Notes: generated from the sequence alone by a model not told the origin. DNA of 63,345 nucleotides, filler included, from Asterionella formosa (GCA_002256025.1; 10 parts of 10 records of this genome joined end to end with filler, not necessarily neighbours in it), one strand, 5' to 3'. Positions 25,142 to 38,469 are shown, counted from the whole stretch's first letter. Made by a program: numbers and translations.

Positions 25142-25241
25142 NNNNNNNNNNNNNNNNNNNNNNNNNNNNNNNNNNNNNNNNNNNNTTAATTAATTAANNN
25201 NNNNNNNNNNNNNNNNNNNNNNNNNNNNNNNNNNNNNNNNN
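25142..25241. other. Artificial contig linker N44-TTAATTAATTAA-N44; also at 50366-50465, 51990-52089, 53614-53713, 55237-55336, 56860-56959, 58482-58581, 60104-60203, 61725-61824
   Basis: Identical 100-nt spacer with stops in all six frames; the downstream contigs decrease in length from 1524 to 1521 nt. Confidence 0.98.
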
Positions 25242-25384
25242 AGTACTGATGGAAACTGTTGTACAAATCATCTAAATAATTTATTTATTTACCGGTACTG
25301 TGCATGCAAGGACGTTTAATTAGTTGCATTAACACCGATGATGAGGATGAGTGCATTCTGTTTCTAGCACAAATCAATGAGATC

Positions 25385-26200
25385 ATGTCAAAATCAGAAT
25401 CATTCACACCAGCAATCGTCGACTTTGTTGCTGGCTGGTGCTCCGGAGGAGCGGTAGTCGTTGCGTGTCAACCAATTGATACTATCTTGACCAGGCGGCA
25501 GGCAGGAGCATCGCTTATTCTGGGAGGCACAAATGTTCGCTCCTTGGTAAATTCTGCCGGTGTGGCTTCTCTGTGGAGAGGTTCGAACGTCATGATTGGA
25601 GCCGTACCCTTTCAGAATGCTCTCCTAATGGCGGGTTACGGTTTTGGAAAGCGGAGTGAGTCGTACTGGGGCGTTTTTTGGGGAGGTTGTACCGGCGGTA
25701 TGGCTCAAGCCTTCTTCATGAGCCCCGTCGAACTCATCAAAGTCAAGCAGCAAACGTCCTTGGAGGGCAAAGCACTTCAATTAGGGAAGGAGATTGCGAC
25801 CAATTCCTTAGCTTGGCGAGGGTTGGGGGCCACGATGCTGCGGGACGGCATTCCACATGGAGTCTGGTTCGTGTCATACGAGTACTGCAAGACGGAAATG
25901 ACGAAGTCTTTTCTGGGAAGTAGTGAAAGCCATAAAACAATCACCATTCCGATTTTTTCGGGAGCTGTTGCGGCTACGACTGCGTGGGGCGTGGGATATC
26001 CATTTGACTTGATCAAGACTAGAATTCAAGCTTCCCATGGAGCCAAGGGAATCATTGAGACGGCGGTCGAATTGCAGAAAGAAGGCAATCTCTACCGGGG
26101 TTTTGGTCTTAAACTAGTTCGAAGTGTGCCTGCAAGCATGATTGGTTTCTGTATCTATGAATATGTGAGTGGAAAGTTGAGAGCGAACGATAGAGACTGA
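25385..26200 (+). CDS. Mitochondrial carrier family (SLC25) protein
   Basis: Three signature motifs: PIDTILTRRQ, PVELIKVKQQ, PFDLIKTRIQ; LWRG, AWRG and LYRG motifs; RDGIP is reminiscent of amino-acid/carnitine carriers. Confidence 0.93.
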   Translation: MSKSESFTPAIVDFVAGWCSGGAVVVACQPIDTILTRRQAGASLILGGTNVRSLVNSAGVASLWRGSNVMIGAVPFQNALLMAGYGFGKRSESYWGVFWGGCTGGMAQAFFMSPVELIKVKQQTSLEGKALQLGKEIATNSLAWRGLGATMLRDGIPHGVWFVSYEYCKTEMTKSFLGSSESHKTITIPIFSGAVAATTAWGVGYPFDLIKTRIQASHGAKGIIETAVELQKEGNLYRGFGLKLVRSVPASMIGFCIYEYVSGKLRANDRD

Positions 26201-26325
26201 GAAATCGGCCAAAGTATGAATACACATACTATTTTGTAAAAACTATTAGGTCCTTCTTCGCATGACTATTGGATTGTTTCATAATGCATTGATTTAACTA
26301 CCCAACATTGCCACAATTCTCCCGA

Positions 26326-26955
26326 TTAACTTGAAGATCCTGTATCAGTCCCTACCAAACTTATCCCTGCTACTAACAGCAATACGCCCAACCATCCTTG
26401 ATAGGACAGGTTTTCTTTGAGCAACAGCAACCCCAACACGGTTCCACAAGCGACCGACCCACCAGTAACAATTGGGATAGATTGCATAGCTTGCACGCCC
26501 ATTCCGGACACAAAAAAGCTGATAATCTCTGCTAATCCAACAGCCAAGCCTGCACAAATACTCCATTGAATGCCCTTCATATCATACTCCAATTCAGAAG
26601 TGCCTTCTTTTGCAATGATAGCCAACAGCAGACAACATCCTAAAATGGCAGCTACGATTTGCAAAATGACCCCTCCAAGAATAGGATGGATCGAATTTGA
26701 GCCCTTTTTGATAGAGATGCTGTACATGGCATAACAGAACGCACACGCTAAGGCAGGTCCGATCCAGAGGACGAGGGATGGCGATGCAGAAATTTCACTG
26801 CTGTGCGTTGCTAATGAGAAAGGTTTAATGATGGATGACGTTATAAGGGGAGTCAGTTCTCCAACTCTTTTGAATTGATCAGTTTGATCTGCGGTAGTAA
26901 CTCTCATGGTCCCGCTGTGTGAGACATGAGGTGCGTCGTTCTGTCTTGTTTGCAT
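26326..26955 (-). CDS. Small DMT/EamA-like membrane transporter
   Basis: About five hydrophobic segments and C-terminal LGLLLLKENLSYQGWLGVLLLVAGISLV, typical of EamA/DMT. Confidence 0.8.
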   Translation of the reverse strand: MQTRQNDAPHVSHSGTMRVTTADQTDQFKRVGELTPLITSSIIKPFSLATHSSEISASPSLVLWIGPALACAFCYAMYSISIKKGSNSIHPILGGVILQIVAAILGCCLLLAIIAKEGTSELEYDMKGIQWSICAGLAVGLAEIISFFVSGMGVQAMQSIPIVTGGSVACGTVLGLLLLKENLSYQGWLGVLLLVAGISLVGTDTGSSS

Positions 26956-27645
26956 TGGTCTATTGATGCATGAGCGACATGGTTGCCGTGAATTAATAAT
27001 TAAGGTTGCTGCATTTGAACCCCTAGCTCGAGGTAGGGTTTAAAAAATAGTATTGAGTCAGACTAATCAAACATGTATTTTCCACATATAAATCAAATAT
27101 GTATAACGCTCAACGGAGCTTTCACCAATAGACACCCTTTCCATATGCTTAAATACAGCCTTCGGGCAAAGTAGGGGTGTGTTAAAGTATTACTTTTTGA
27201 TAGATCTATATCGTTAGACAAAAAAGACTATAGATAGAGACGTTCGTTTCTCTTTCCCTTTCTATATTCTTATTGTGAGTTTACTAATCTAGTTTTAGGT
27301 TGTTCTGTTTGAACAAACAAACAAAAAATTCTCCAAATGCTGTTTGCATTTCTAGAAACATACAATCATAGATAGACCCATGTTTTTCTCACACTTACTG
27401 ATCATAGGTTTTTAACCATGATCATTCATTTTCAAACTATTGGTCTTCCAAAATAGCTTATATCGTCTGGCTCATTATAGGCGGAGTAACAAGGTATAAT
27501 GTGTGGTTGATGAGAGCTTGGTACATCAAAGTTGACTCATTCGAATCGTTTGACTCATTTGACTCCGAGTCCTAACTACCGGTATGTAGATGAGCTCACT
27601 TTAACAGGGGTGTAGGTCCACTCTATATATCGTCAGGATATAGGA

Positions 27646-27786
27646 TCTGGCGAGAAACTGCAGAAAGGAACTTCGGTTTTAACTTCGGTTTTTTTACTAT
27701 TCTAAAAAGACTGGAAAATTCGGGGGAAATCTGTTTATTTGGCATAGTAGGGAAACCGAAGTTCCTTTCTGCAGTTTCTCGCCAGA
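27646..27786. mobile_element. MITE-like foldback with perfect 34-bp inverted repeats
   Basis: TCTGGCGAGAAACTGCAGAAAGGAACTTCGGTTT (27646-27679) has an exact reverse complement at 27753-27786. Confidence 0.7.
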
Positions 27787-28582
27787 AGTTATATACTGAT
27801 GCTATTTGAAAGTTACGTATGTATCTAAATCGCCATCAGACCCAGCCAACGTTTAGCTATCGTTGTCCAAAAACTCGACAAAATCGGCCTTTTCTAAGCT
27901 CGCCAAAATAGCGGAATCAGAGTTACTAAGTGCCAAAATGTCATCATAGGAATGGTACAGTAGTCGTGTGCCGGAATTTTTAAGTCCTAAAATCTCCTGT
28001 CCGAAAAATCCATTGTAAGTGCCCGCTTCCACATATATAATATGATTGGTGAAGGTGAATTACATTCCTCTGTTTGATTGGCCTGGTTTGCGAGGTCTTG
28101 CAAACCCATGCCAGCCACACTGGATCAACATGTAGCATTTTCTTGGGTGTTCTGACAGTCCGGTGCTATATTCACGACGGGTACCAGTAGATGATCATCA
28201 TTGGACATACGCGTACCGCTCCTTGAGTGCACTTTCAAATATTTGCCAACCCGCCTGGTTGTATACATGACACATAGTCGTCGATCGGAGTATAGATTGT
28301 AGTACTAGTATATGCACATCAAGCGATGTAGAATCAAAATACATATATAAACTAAGTGATTTGAATATGTCGAACGGATTCACTGCATAGCATAGAAGAT
28401 CGTTAATCGGAGTATAGACTGTCCATGAATATATGTTGATCGTGTTTTTAGGGCATATATACATACAGCGACATAGAGTGTTTATATATATATATTTAGC
28501 GATTTCGACAAGGATATGTACGTATTCGCAAATTTCCACTGATTTAAACATTTCAAATGGAATCATGTCTTTCAAAAATAGC

Positions 28583-29150
28583 TAAAACGTAGCTTTGCCC
28601 TACCACCATTCCCAGGCGTATTCCCCTTGTTTGAATAGGAATTACGACTTTCTTACTGTGAAAACATAGCTTTGCCCTACTACCACTTTCATACTGTGAA
28701 AGCGTAGATTGGCCCTACTAACAGCATTCCCGTATTCCGCCCCTTGTTAGAATAGGAATTACGACTTTCGTACTGTCAAAACGTAGACTTGCCCTACCAG
28801 CATTCCCGTATTCCCCTTGTTAGAATAAGTTTTTTGAAGCCGCGGTTGGTAGTATATAGTGTATATATAGGTATAATAGTGTACATATGCATCAGTAATG
28901 AAATAGTGTGTATGGAGCATGTCAGTGTGGTACGATCATTTACTGCTCCAGTACGGTCAAAACGTAGACTTGCCCTACCAGCATTCCCGTATTCCCCTTA
29001 TTAGAATAACATTTATGTAGCAGATACCGGTAAAATATATAGGTATAAGAGTCTAGTGTGTATGGAGTATGTCAGTATGGCATCACTTACTTCCACTCCA
29101 GTACTGTCAAAACGTAGACATGCCCTACCAGCATCCCCTTCTTCCTTCGT
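28583..29150. repeat. Irregular tandem array of (GTACTGT.AAAACGTAG.CTT)GCCCTACCAGCATTCCC..TTCCCCTTG
   Basis: Core GCCCTAC at about 28597, 28674, 28712, 28791, 28972 and 29122. Followed by 29268-29400, which is homologous (inverted) to 10060-10190. Confidence 0.85.
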
Positions 29151-30189
29151 CTCTGTTATAACTAACGTTTCTCCTTACATTCGCGCACTAATAACACATC
29201 AGTCAATTGTTCAAAAAGAAAGCAGTGACGACAAAAACCTATCTTCAAATTATTTAGAACTTTTTTGTATCTGAAATGGCAAAAGTTCCGAGTGCTACAA
29301 GGAATAGGACGATCTTAGTGGTGAAGAGATTACCGATAGCAAAATATTCAATCAGGAAAAACGTATATCTATGGCAGCCAAATATCATGTCTGTTTAGTG
29401 GACAACGAATTAGGAAACCCTAACAGTTTTGAATTCAAAAAGATTCAAATTAGAATTAACAATGTTTGATGTATTCTCAGTGGTCCCATTGATCAAAGAT
29501 TTCAACCTACTAAAACATCAAGAATAGCACCTTTCATACATGCATAACAGTTCGACATCTTGAGTCTTTCAACCAAGCAAGATGAGATTCAAGGAAGCTC
29601 CGTGGAAGCTTTGTTCTTGTTGATTGCTGTGAGTTAATTCCATGACATTGCTTGTTGCCTAACCTCCAACAAGAAGTACCTTCTTTCTACTCTAAAGGTG
29701 ATATCTACGCCTTGTCCGAATGGATGAATGTTGAAGTACTCCCAGATGATCAGTCCGATGACTGTTTTGATGATGCCATGGTGATATGGTTGGAAGAGCG
29801 ATCTTCTTCTTCAGGATAGCCTTCAGTGTCAGCATCAGTGAATGCTCCTCTGATACTTGACAAAACTATCCAGCTTTATTTAATGGACTTCTTCGGATAC
29901 TGTCTCAAGACCAGGAATATACTCCTTAAGCTCATGTAGCTATCATCAAGACGATCAATAAACTTTGACCAAGGAAGATTTGATGGTGATTTCAATTTGC
30001 TCTATGCTCGATGTGTTGCAGCAACAGTTTGGATTGTAAAAAGAAAGCAACACAGACCAATCGATTTTCTCGGTTTCGACTTATACATACTTATAGGATT
30101 TTAAATAATCTTTTGAAATAAAATAGGTTAGCAGATAATCGATTTAGCTAGCTAGTACACGAACCGTGAGTGCTCCCGCGCCATTCTAG

Positions 30190-31215
30190 CTTGCAAAAAT
30201 TCAAAAAATGATCGGATATTGTTGACAACAAACTAATACCTAACTGTCCAATCTACCGAAGCAACATCGCTGCAGCAGAAAACACATTTGGGCCAGATGG
30301 GGGATCTTTAAAGGAAAAACCGTCCACCAAGCAGCCACATAGGTAGAGGTATATACTGTCAATATCCTGCCAGCAGAAATAAAAAGTCGATACTTTGACA
30401 TCACCCTTGCTGGAGATATCATGTTTGTCCACAAATCCCATTCTTTATGAACATATACCAATACATCAAGTTCGGAACTGCCGAGATGCTAAAAAATCAG
30501 CAAGCAAGGTAGGCTAATCCCTGCTGCGATTAAACAAGTAAAGAGTATATAAATGAAGAGGGGATTTACGATATCCGTGCTTTGTTGGCTGGATGGCCAA
30601 TTCGAAATGCCCCGCAGTGATCTTGCGGAGATGCAGAGGATTACTCTGAACACTGTGTCGAATGGGGAGCATGTGCCAGACATTGAACTACACATCTGTA
30701 TGTTAAGGACCGCACTCGTAGCATATACAACACTCCCCCATTCATGCGCTAATGCCAGTGCAGGTCGCCATTAGAATGGTATACTACAGCAATTTCTGGT
30801 TAAACAGTTTTCTACCAACCGATGGAGGATCCACTAATATTAGCCCTCAAGCCATGATAGTTGGAAGAAACATTGACTTTTCCAAACATTATAAATTGGA
30901 GCTCATGTGCAAACTCATGGTGAGGAATACAACAATTCCATGGCCACCCGAACCACTGGATTCATTGCCCTTTGTCCCATGGGTAAAGAGGATACTTTTT
31001 CCTCAGCCTCACTACTTCGTTTTCTCAATAGAAACCACTGGACCAAAAACCGATGCCACATAAAGTGATTGATCAGGTACATGCCCTTGCCCGCTGTAAT
31101 GGAAGCAGCATGGGTACAGGCCTTGAATTTACTCATCGTGATGGTAATCCACTAGTCAGCACAGACAATGATGAATCTGACAAATCAGGCCCCTCTGATG
31201 ATGAGTATGATGACC
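30190..31215 (+). mobile_element. Decayed copia (CoDi-like) integrase region
   Basis: GIFKGKT, ITLAGDIMFV, IKFGTAE, DGQFE, NGEHVPDIE, FWLNSF, PMPHKVIDQVH, spread over broken frames. Confidence 0.75.
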
Positions 31216-31628
31216 ACGGGAAAATATCATCCTTGCACAAAAAGTGTTTCTAAATGCACAATTGCCTTTTTTGGGAATTCGTGATTATTTTTTTGACTAA
31301 ATATGTAGCAAATCGAGAAAAATTTCTATCAATGATAAAATATTTTCCTAACTAAATTTTGAATGACTATTTTCGTTTACTAATGGAATATCGAGAATTA
31401 TTTACAATTTTTGTTTGTCATCGATAATATGCACTGGATGTCCAAATCGACAAAAAATCAGATGCATAAGAATGTATCCGATTCTAAGAAGCTATTGACA
31501 TGCCTCGACATCATAATACAATACTCGTACCACTGGTAGTATCGGTAGTAAACGTCTAAGTGTACACGTACGTAATTCACAAACAAGGTGTACACCACAT
31601 CCATCATATGTTATCAAAAGTTACTACC

Positions 31629-32111
31629 ATGAGTGCCTCGCGAAAGCCCAATGAGTTGCCTGCTCGGAACTACGATGAGGACCTCTCTCTTGTGACAAGT
31701 GATTTGGTTTCAGTATCAAAGGGTAATTATGCTGGCGAAGTTGGCAAGTTTGTATAATACACAAAGGCCAACGCGTTGCTCAATCTGTATGACAGGGTTT
31801 CCAATTCATCTGTTCTTCACCATGCACGGAAGGCTTCCAAAATCAAGAAAATCGTCCCATGGGACAATTCAAGATGTCCTTTACCTGAATTTTTTGATTC
31901 TATTTTAGAGGAGGAAGCATGGATAAAGATCAAGATTGATCAGATTGCCGCACAGCTTGTTGCTCGTGGGCTAAATCACGAATCGCCTATTCTTCTTAAC
32001 TTTTTTCATGATCGATTGTATGCCGCGCAACTTGAGCGCACAGAAGTAAGTGATCGCGTGTCAACCGCAACACTTGCTTCAGAAGAGCAGAATAGTAATA
32101 ATAATTATTAG
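31629..32111 (+). pseudogene. Small ORF with KOW-like motif, one frameshift near 31755
   Basis: DLVSVSKGNYAGEVGKFV followed by LLNLYDR...WIKIKIDQIAAQLVARGLNHESPILL; paralogue at 8440-8820. Confidence 0.6.
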
Positions 32112-32427
32112 TACTACTAGTAACGAAAGTATGCATGAGTGGTGCATATATGATTATTATTTCATTGCCGGTTATAGAACCGTTACCATGGAATATCATA
32201 AGATGATGTCAGAATTGGATATTTGGTTTTGAATCAAATATACCGCCATCATTACCTGTACCACCATCACTTCCGGTCAAAAATATATAGCTCACAATTT
32301 CTAATAAATACTTTAGGAATTAGTCGTCATTACAAAACTTCCGCTTCTACAAGTTAGAACAACCACAAGAGTCTACTTCATCCTGCCTCATTGTAAGAGC
32401 TGTCAACAGTAATATTCATCTATAACA

Positions 32428-35400
32428 AGTGATTATGAGCTCAACATTATAAGTGAATAAATAAAGCTTCCATCAGATTACAAGATCAATGACCATGTCT
32501 AATCCAGTAAATCTTCCAAACGTTCCCCCTCAGAGAGGAGGTATTCATACCACATATGGCATATTCATTGGAGGTGCTCAACTTGATGACACTTACCACC
32601 TTCTACCAAACCGAAGCGCTTATCGATTCTTGACGCAACGTCGTCATGATAAAACGATTGGTTCTATTGAACAGAAGCTCAGAGATGCACGCGATTCTGT
32701 ATCCACTGTCAAGTTCAATGGACAACTTGAAGCAACTGCTGAACTTTCTACTGAGATAGGAAAAGCAAAATTCATCAGTATGTTGAAAGAAAAGGTGAAA
32801 GAGCATGGCCAACAAACCCTCTATGCAATCAAAGACAATGATGGAACAGTCGTTGACCTATTCGAACACTCTCATCGCTTCAAATTTGTCACTGTTGTGG
32901 ATGAGTTTGCTCGTCGCGCAGATACAACCAATGTTGACTTCGAAGCATTTGATCAGTATGAGTTAGAAGATGTTGAATTGTCAGGCATGCTCGTGTTTTC
33001 TCTAATTACCTCGACCTTCCGTGAAAAAATGGAAATCAGATTTGACCATCGAGTCGATTTTGAGTACCTCTCTGGTGCTTGTCTATTCATGATGGCCTTA
33101 GAAACCTGCAATGCATCCGTCTCCCATGATGTCGAAGGGGCACGCAACCAACTTGACGGCCTCACTCTTGACTCCTATCCGGGTGAAAATGTGACGGATT
33201 TTACCACTGAAGCACAACGTCTTATCAAAATCATGCAAGGCGACTACGCGTTGCCTGTCAATACTGGTTCCAAATTGATTCAGAAGTTCACAAAAGCTTC
33301 GTGTGAGTACTTTAATCGTAAAATGTACTCCCTCCTTGATGAAGTCAAAACACTTGAGCATAAGTACAAACTGTCCGATCCTAAGACACTCACCAAGGAC
33401 CCAAAATACGCTAAGTTTGGACCACTGGGAGTCATTGCAATTTTGCAAGCAGCTCATGGAGCTCTTCTATCTGAACTTGATTGGCCTGCTCTGGCAACCA
33501 AACTCCCAGAAGCCAATCTCTCGATGAACACCAGTGCAAACACCCGCACCTGCTATCGCTGTGGAAGTGGTGATCATCTCTCTTGCGACTGTCCCCAACC
33601 TCCTGCTGGCGTATCCAACACTCGTAAACATTCTGCTGCTCTGGCTGATTGGAAATACATCAAGCCAGTTAACCTTAATACAACCAAAACTGGTATCTTG
33701 GACGAGTTTGGAAATTCTGCACAAAGTGTAAGTGTCGGGCGACCAACAAGATTGGATATTATCAGCTTAGTCACTTGGACTCGGCTCACCTTGATAACTA
33801 TCGTGCCTGTTAGCGAGCTGCCGCAACCAATCAACCTGCCAGCTCCCTGTTGGACACCACCACCAATGGTCCCACATCGCACGAAACTGCTCCACCCGAC
33901 ACTCCACAGAGTAATTTTTCAGCAGTTGCCAACCCAACCCCATTCCTGTCGGTCCTCCTGATATCACTACCCCTACTCCTTCTACGACTACCACTGAACC
34001 ACTCGACAATATGAGCTTTACTGGGGCATGGTGTGCTCCTATTATCCATCCACTTGATGTCGACGTGTCTGTTCACGGATACACTCCTACTACAGCTACC
34101 TTCAGAAAGAGCGAAACAAACGTGAACACTTCTGTCATTGAGAGGGAGAATAAAAATAACAGTGTGTGTGAGACACATGCAAATCTGGAGTGCAACAGCA
34201 ATGACATTGTTGCTGGGGAGGACCTGAAACTGCCAAGTGACTTGATCCAGTCAACATACCTTATCATGAAAAACCTATTTTGGTTCAGTGCAATATTCTG
34301 GGATACAGTGGCATACTTTATTTTTTCTTCCCCATATGATAATCCTACTCGCACACAGCGCCGATGCCAACAGAAGAATATTCCTGTACCTTTGATTTTT
34401 GCACCAGCATCATGGATGCTAATGACACATTCCATTCTACTTTTGCCTGGGATATTTTATGGTCACAAGAATCTTCCAACCTTCCACTCTGTCAAGCATC
34501 TTGTCAACACTCAATCGGCTGCTTCGTACGACAGAATCACACAACTTGAAATGATGATTGACCTTGATTGGAAGGCTCTTTGGAACTTCAACCACATAAA
34601 ATGGAAAAGTATTCACAATGATCTCAACCCATGTGTTCTTGAATCCACATCTGTGAAAGCCTCAACACCTAAGACACCATATGATCCATTTCATTTTCAT
34701 GACCTCTGTGCTACCCGCCACTGTGTTGACTGCATACATGACTCGAATGCAACGGTGTTGGCAAATACCAAGGAGGATCCAACATGCAAACACTCAACGA
34801 CTCAAGTTATGGATATTCTTACCGATATCGATATCTTAGCACATGAACCGTACTCTTTGTTCACAATGGCAAACACAATGTCAGCAGTAATCTTCGATAC
34901 AGGAGCATCATTGGGAATTACACACGACATACAAGACTTAGATAGGCCACTTGCGATTCCAGACCGTGATCTTCGACTAGGGGGTATGGCCAACGGATTG
35001 AAAATAGAGGGAGTTGGACCAGTTACATGGACATTCAGCAACAAAGATGGCAAAGGAGTGCAGATTCGCAGCCAATGCTACTATGTCCCTCAATCCAAAA
35101 TGAGACTGATTAGTCCCCAACGTCTGTTCAATAAAGAAAAAGGAGCGTCTGTTCAATAAAGAAAGAGGAGTAAGCAGATGGTACAAGGGTGATGAAGAAT
35201 CATTCAGGCTTCAATTCGATGGGTGTCCTTGTCTGATTGTTGAGTATGACCCCAGAAATCACCTCCCAATTGGGCAAGCCAGGATTGGATCAGGAATGTT
35301 ACCACAGGTGAACTTTGCCTTAACCAACAACGAGGGAAGTCAAAACATTAGTGCTGGTCAAAAACTTCTTTTAAACTGGCATTTTCGCTTTGGACACTTA

Positions 35401-36400
35401 AACTTACCAGCAGTTCAACGAATACTGCGTGCATTCCCATTCACTGCCAATCGATTCGCCTCAGCATCCAAATGCAATGCATTTGACCTAAAATGCGAGA
35501 TCTGTCAATACTTTAAAGGACACCGTCGTCCAACACATTCTTCCACAATCATCGCAAATCCTGAACGAACTGGCGCACTGAAGGCTGAACATCTTGGACC
35601 TGGTGTTAGAGTTTCCGTTGATCACTTCGAATCTCGCCTTTTAGGACGCACCTTTGACTAAAACCATCAGCAGACACCTACACAGGGGGGTGCATATTTG
35701 TGGATCAGGGCACCAGATACATTCAGGTGGAGCACCAATTGGGATACTCTGCTGTTGAAACCATCAGAGCAAAACAAAACTATGAGCAACAGGCAATGGC
35801 CAATGGTGTCATTATACAATCCTACCTCACTGACAGTGGAGCATTCAAGGCAAACTCTTTTGTTCAACACATTCGAGAACATACTCAGCGTCTTCAATAC
35901 TGTGGAACAAATGCACACCATCAAAATGGTGTAGCAGAACGGGCTATTAGAATAGTATCTGACATGGCTGGCACGCTCGATGATTCTCCATGCTTCCAGT
36001 CATTGGAATGGAGGGATCAACAGCACACTTTGGCCTATGGCAGTTACTTACGCTGTGCACCTTTACAATCATACACCAAATAATCATTCCCTTTGCCCAG
36101 CTGATCTCTACACTGGACGCACAATTCCCAGACATCGACTGCGAGATCTTCACACTTGGGGATGTCCAGTGTATGTTCTTGGCCCAACTCTTCAGTCTGG
36201 GAAGAAATTGCCATAGGTGTGTTCCTTGGATTGAGCTCCATTCACTCCAGCGAAGTCCTTTTGGTCCTTAATTTGCAAACTGGGAGTATTACCACTCAAT
36301 ATCATGTGGTTTTTGACAACAGTTTCTCCACAGTGGCGTCAATTGGAAAAGATGAAGACCCTCCTGAAAAATGAATCTTCCTTGCTGCTGATGCATCATA
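32428..36400 (+). mobile_element. Ty1/copia (CoDi-like) retrotransposon, 5' half: PBS-like site, gag, protease, integrase; truncated before RT
   Basis: LTR-like end ..TATAACA (32427) then AGTGATTATGAGCTCA; gag with zinc knuckle CYRCGSGDHLSCDC; protease VIFDTGAS; LLNWHFRFGH...CEIC; integrase VSVDH, YLTDSG, HHQNGVAER, WGCPVYVL, QYHVVFD. Stops and frameshifts present. Confidence 0.9.
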
Positions 36401-36414
36401 TAGACTTACCCAAT

Positions 36415-38230
36415 AGGGAAACGGTGTATTTCCGGGGAATACAACAAACTTGGCTCAACAAATGAAAGCGATCGCCTATGGAGTGATTAGTCATGAACAC
36501 CACCACAAGCCACAAAAACTCATATTTTCGTCTATTACTAACAAGTCGTCATTGGAAGAACTGGTTAGATATAGGAAAACTAATAATATTCCAATCTAAA
36601 AACAGCAGGTTAGGTTAGATATAGGTAAACTAAAATATTCGCAAACAATTACAACTATTATAATATGTAACTTTCCGTAGTAGTATGATTTAAAAAGGTT
36701 ATCCATGAATATCCAAGTTTCCTCAACGTTTTGCATGTTTGTTCCGTCCGGAACCTCTATTCTTAATACTTGGCTTTGGATTCATTCTTGTCTTAAAGAA
36801 TGTGGTATTTATCTCCCTGTCAAATTCAAATGCACATGCATGTTTACACCACGCATTTGCTGAATACGTGTGACAATGGCAACATGCAAGGCCTTCATGG
36901 CCCGTCTTTTTCAAGTTGTTTATGTTAATTGGACCCAGTCCAACTTTCCCAAAACTCCTAAAAAGTTTGTGAGGGCAATATCATCACTTGCGTTTTTCGA
37001 TACAATAGGTTCAATAATATGAAACCTGCGTGTGAGAGATAGTACATCATCAAATTTGTGGTTAGCACAACAGTGTTCGGGATTCCGGAGAAGGCGCTTG
37101 TATTCATCATGTCTCTTGTTTCGCTTTATCATATGCATGAAAGTAGCAGCACTAATAGGTTCCGTCATACCCATCATGTAATGCAGCCTTTTTCGAGATT
37201 GTGAGAGCTGTGATGCTTGACTGTACTGGGACAATGCAACAGCATTGTTAGACTGCATTGTTTGCATCGCGGACATTATGTTTAGGTCAACAAATGATGA
37301 TGTGGCAATCAGCCAACAACAAACAATCTGCTATCCTAATTGCCTCACACTTGAAATCAAAAGTAAGAGTGAGAAATGCAGCATCTCCTTTTCGGCTTTT
37401 CTCAAGGACCTTATAAATGGAGCGACTTGTAGGAATTGATGGAGTGTACTGATGAGTGCAAAGTGGAGCAAAACTCTAAGTCATCCTTGGATTGGTCCTC
37501 CAACATGTAGGACATGTTGTGGATAAAATTTGCTGTTAACGGTTTCATTTAATCGAAGAAAGATTTGTCTCCGCTATTTGCTCCTTCTGAATTAATGTTG
37601 TGTGCAGGTAATCCACCTTGAAATAAATTAGAATCATTCAGTTTAACTCTTGTATGAATGGTTGGACCCCATTGTTTCAACCATGCAGTTGCGACTTTCT
37701 TTTCTTTGTAAGTGTTGATCCATTTAAAAATCATTAACTCCCAAAGGAAAGGAACTAAATGAATCCAGGGACTTCTCTTATAAGCTTCGAAGTCCTCACC
37801 CATTCTCTTCTTGTTCTTGTCATATTTCTTGAACTGCCCTCTATGCTTGCTTCTTTACCCAGGCGTTCCAGGCATGATGATAGGAACACATTCCAAACTT
37901 AAACTCAGCAGTTGGCCAACAAACCTTTTTGACATCTTTGCGACAGGCTAAAGTATAATCTGTCATTGTTTGTATAGCATTCAAAGGTGGTTCCGGTTCC
38001 CAGCTCCATGGAGTATCACCAATTGGAATGGGGAAAAGTCAGCTCGTGCTGGTGTTGTGCCTGCAGGTGACAAGGTCGTGAGTTCTATGCTTTTTTCTTT
38101 CTCAACCATTTCCTTGTCTGAACCGGAATCACTCTCATCTGAAGAAATTTCTACAGATCTATTGTCAGCTGACTCCTCCTGCAAGGAGTCTTGATCTGAG
38201 GAGCTTGAAGAACTAGAAGAACTGGACATT
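36415..38230 (-). mobile_element. Decayed Mutator-like (MULE) transposase with SWIM zinc finger
   Basis: LPAHNINSEGAN (PxxNxxxExxN) at ~37575-37615 and CHCHTYSANAWCKH (SWIM CxCxnCxH) at ~36845-36880; ORF fragmented; boundaries approximate. Confidence 0.6.
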
Positions 38231-38469
38231 ATCAGAAAGAATTCTTCCCGTGCAACAGAAAGTTATCGAAACATGATGCGTTGCTGGCTTATGCCGAACG
38301 CGATAATGACATACATATCCTATGTGCATGAATAATCTAAATGCATTGTGATTAGATACTATGATACACAAAAGAGCCGCAGCACCAGCCAGATTTAGCA
38401 CGACAACTTCAGTACATCACAAGAGTTACCATCTACCGGTACCAGTGTACAATGAAAATACAAGAACAG

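Noticed and set aside
25186..25197. TTAATTAATTAA within N runs, and ORFs ending in X...LIN
   Set aside because: Artificial linker; adjacency across linkers and ORFs running into them are not biological.
28583..29150. CRISPR-like appearance of the repeat arrays (also 10381-10780, 52545-52817, 54463-54810)
   Set aside because: Intervening sequences are themselves repeated or irregular in length, there are no cas genes, and the context is eukaryotic.
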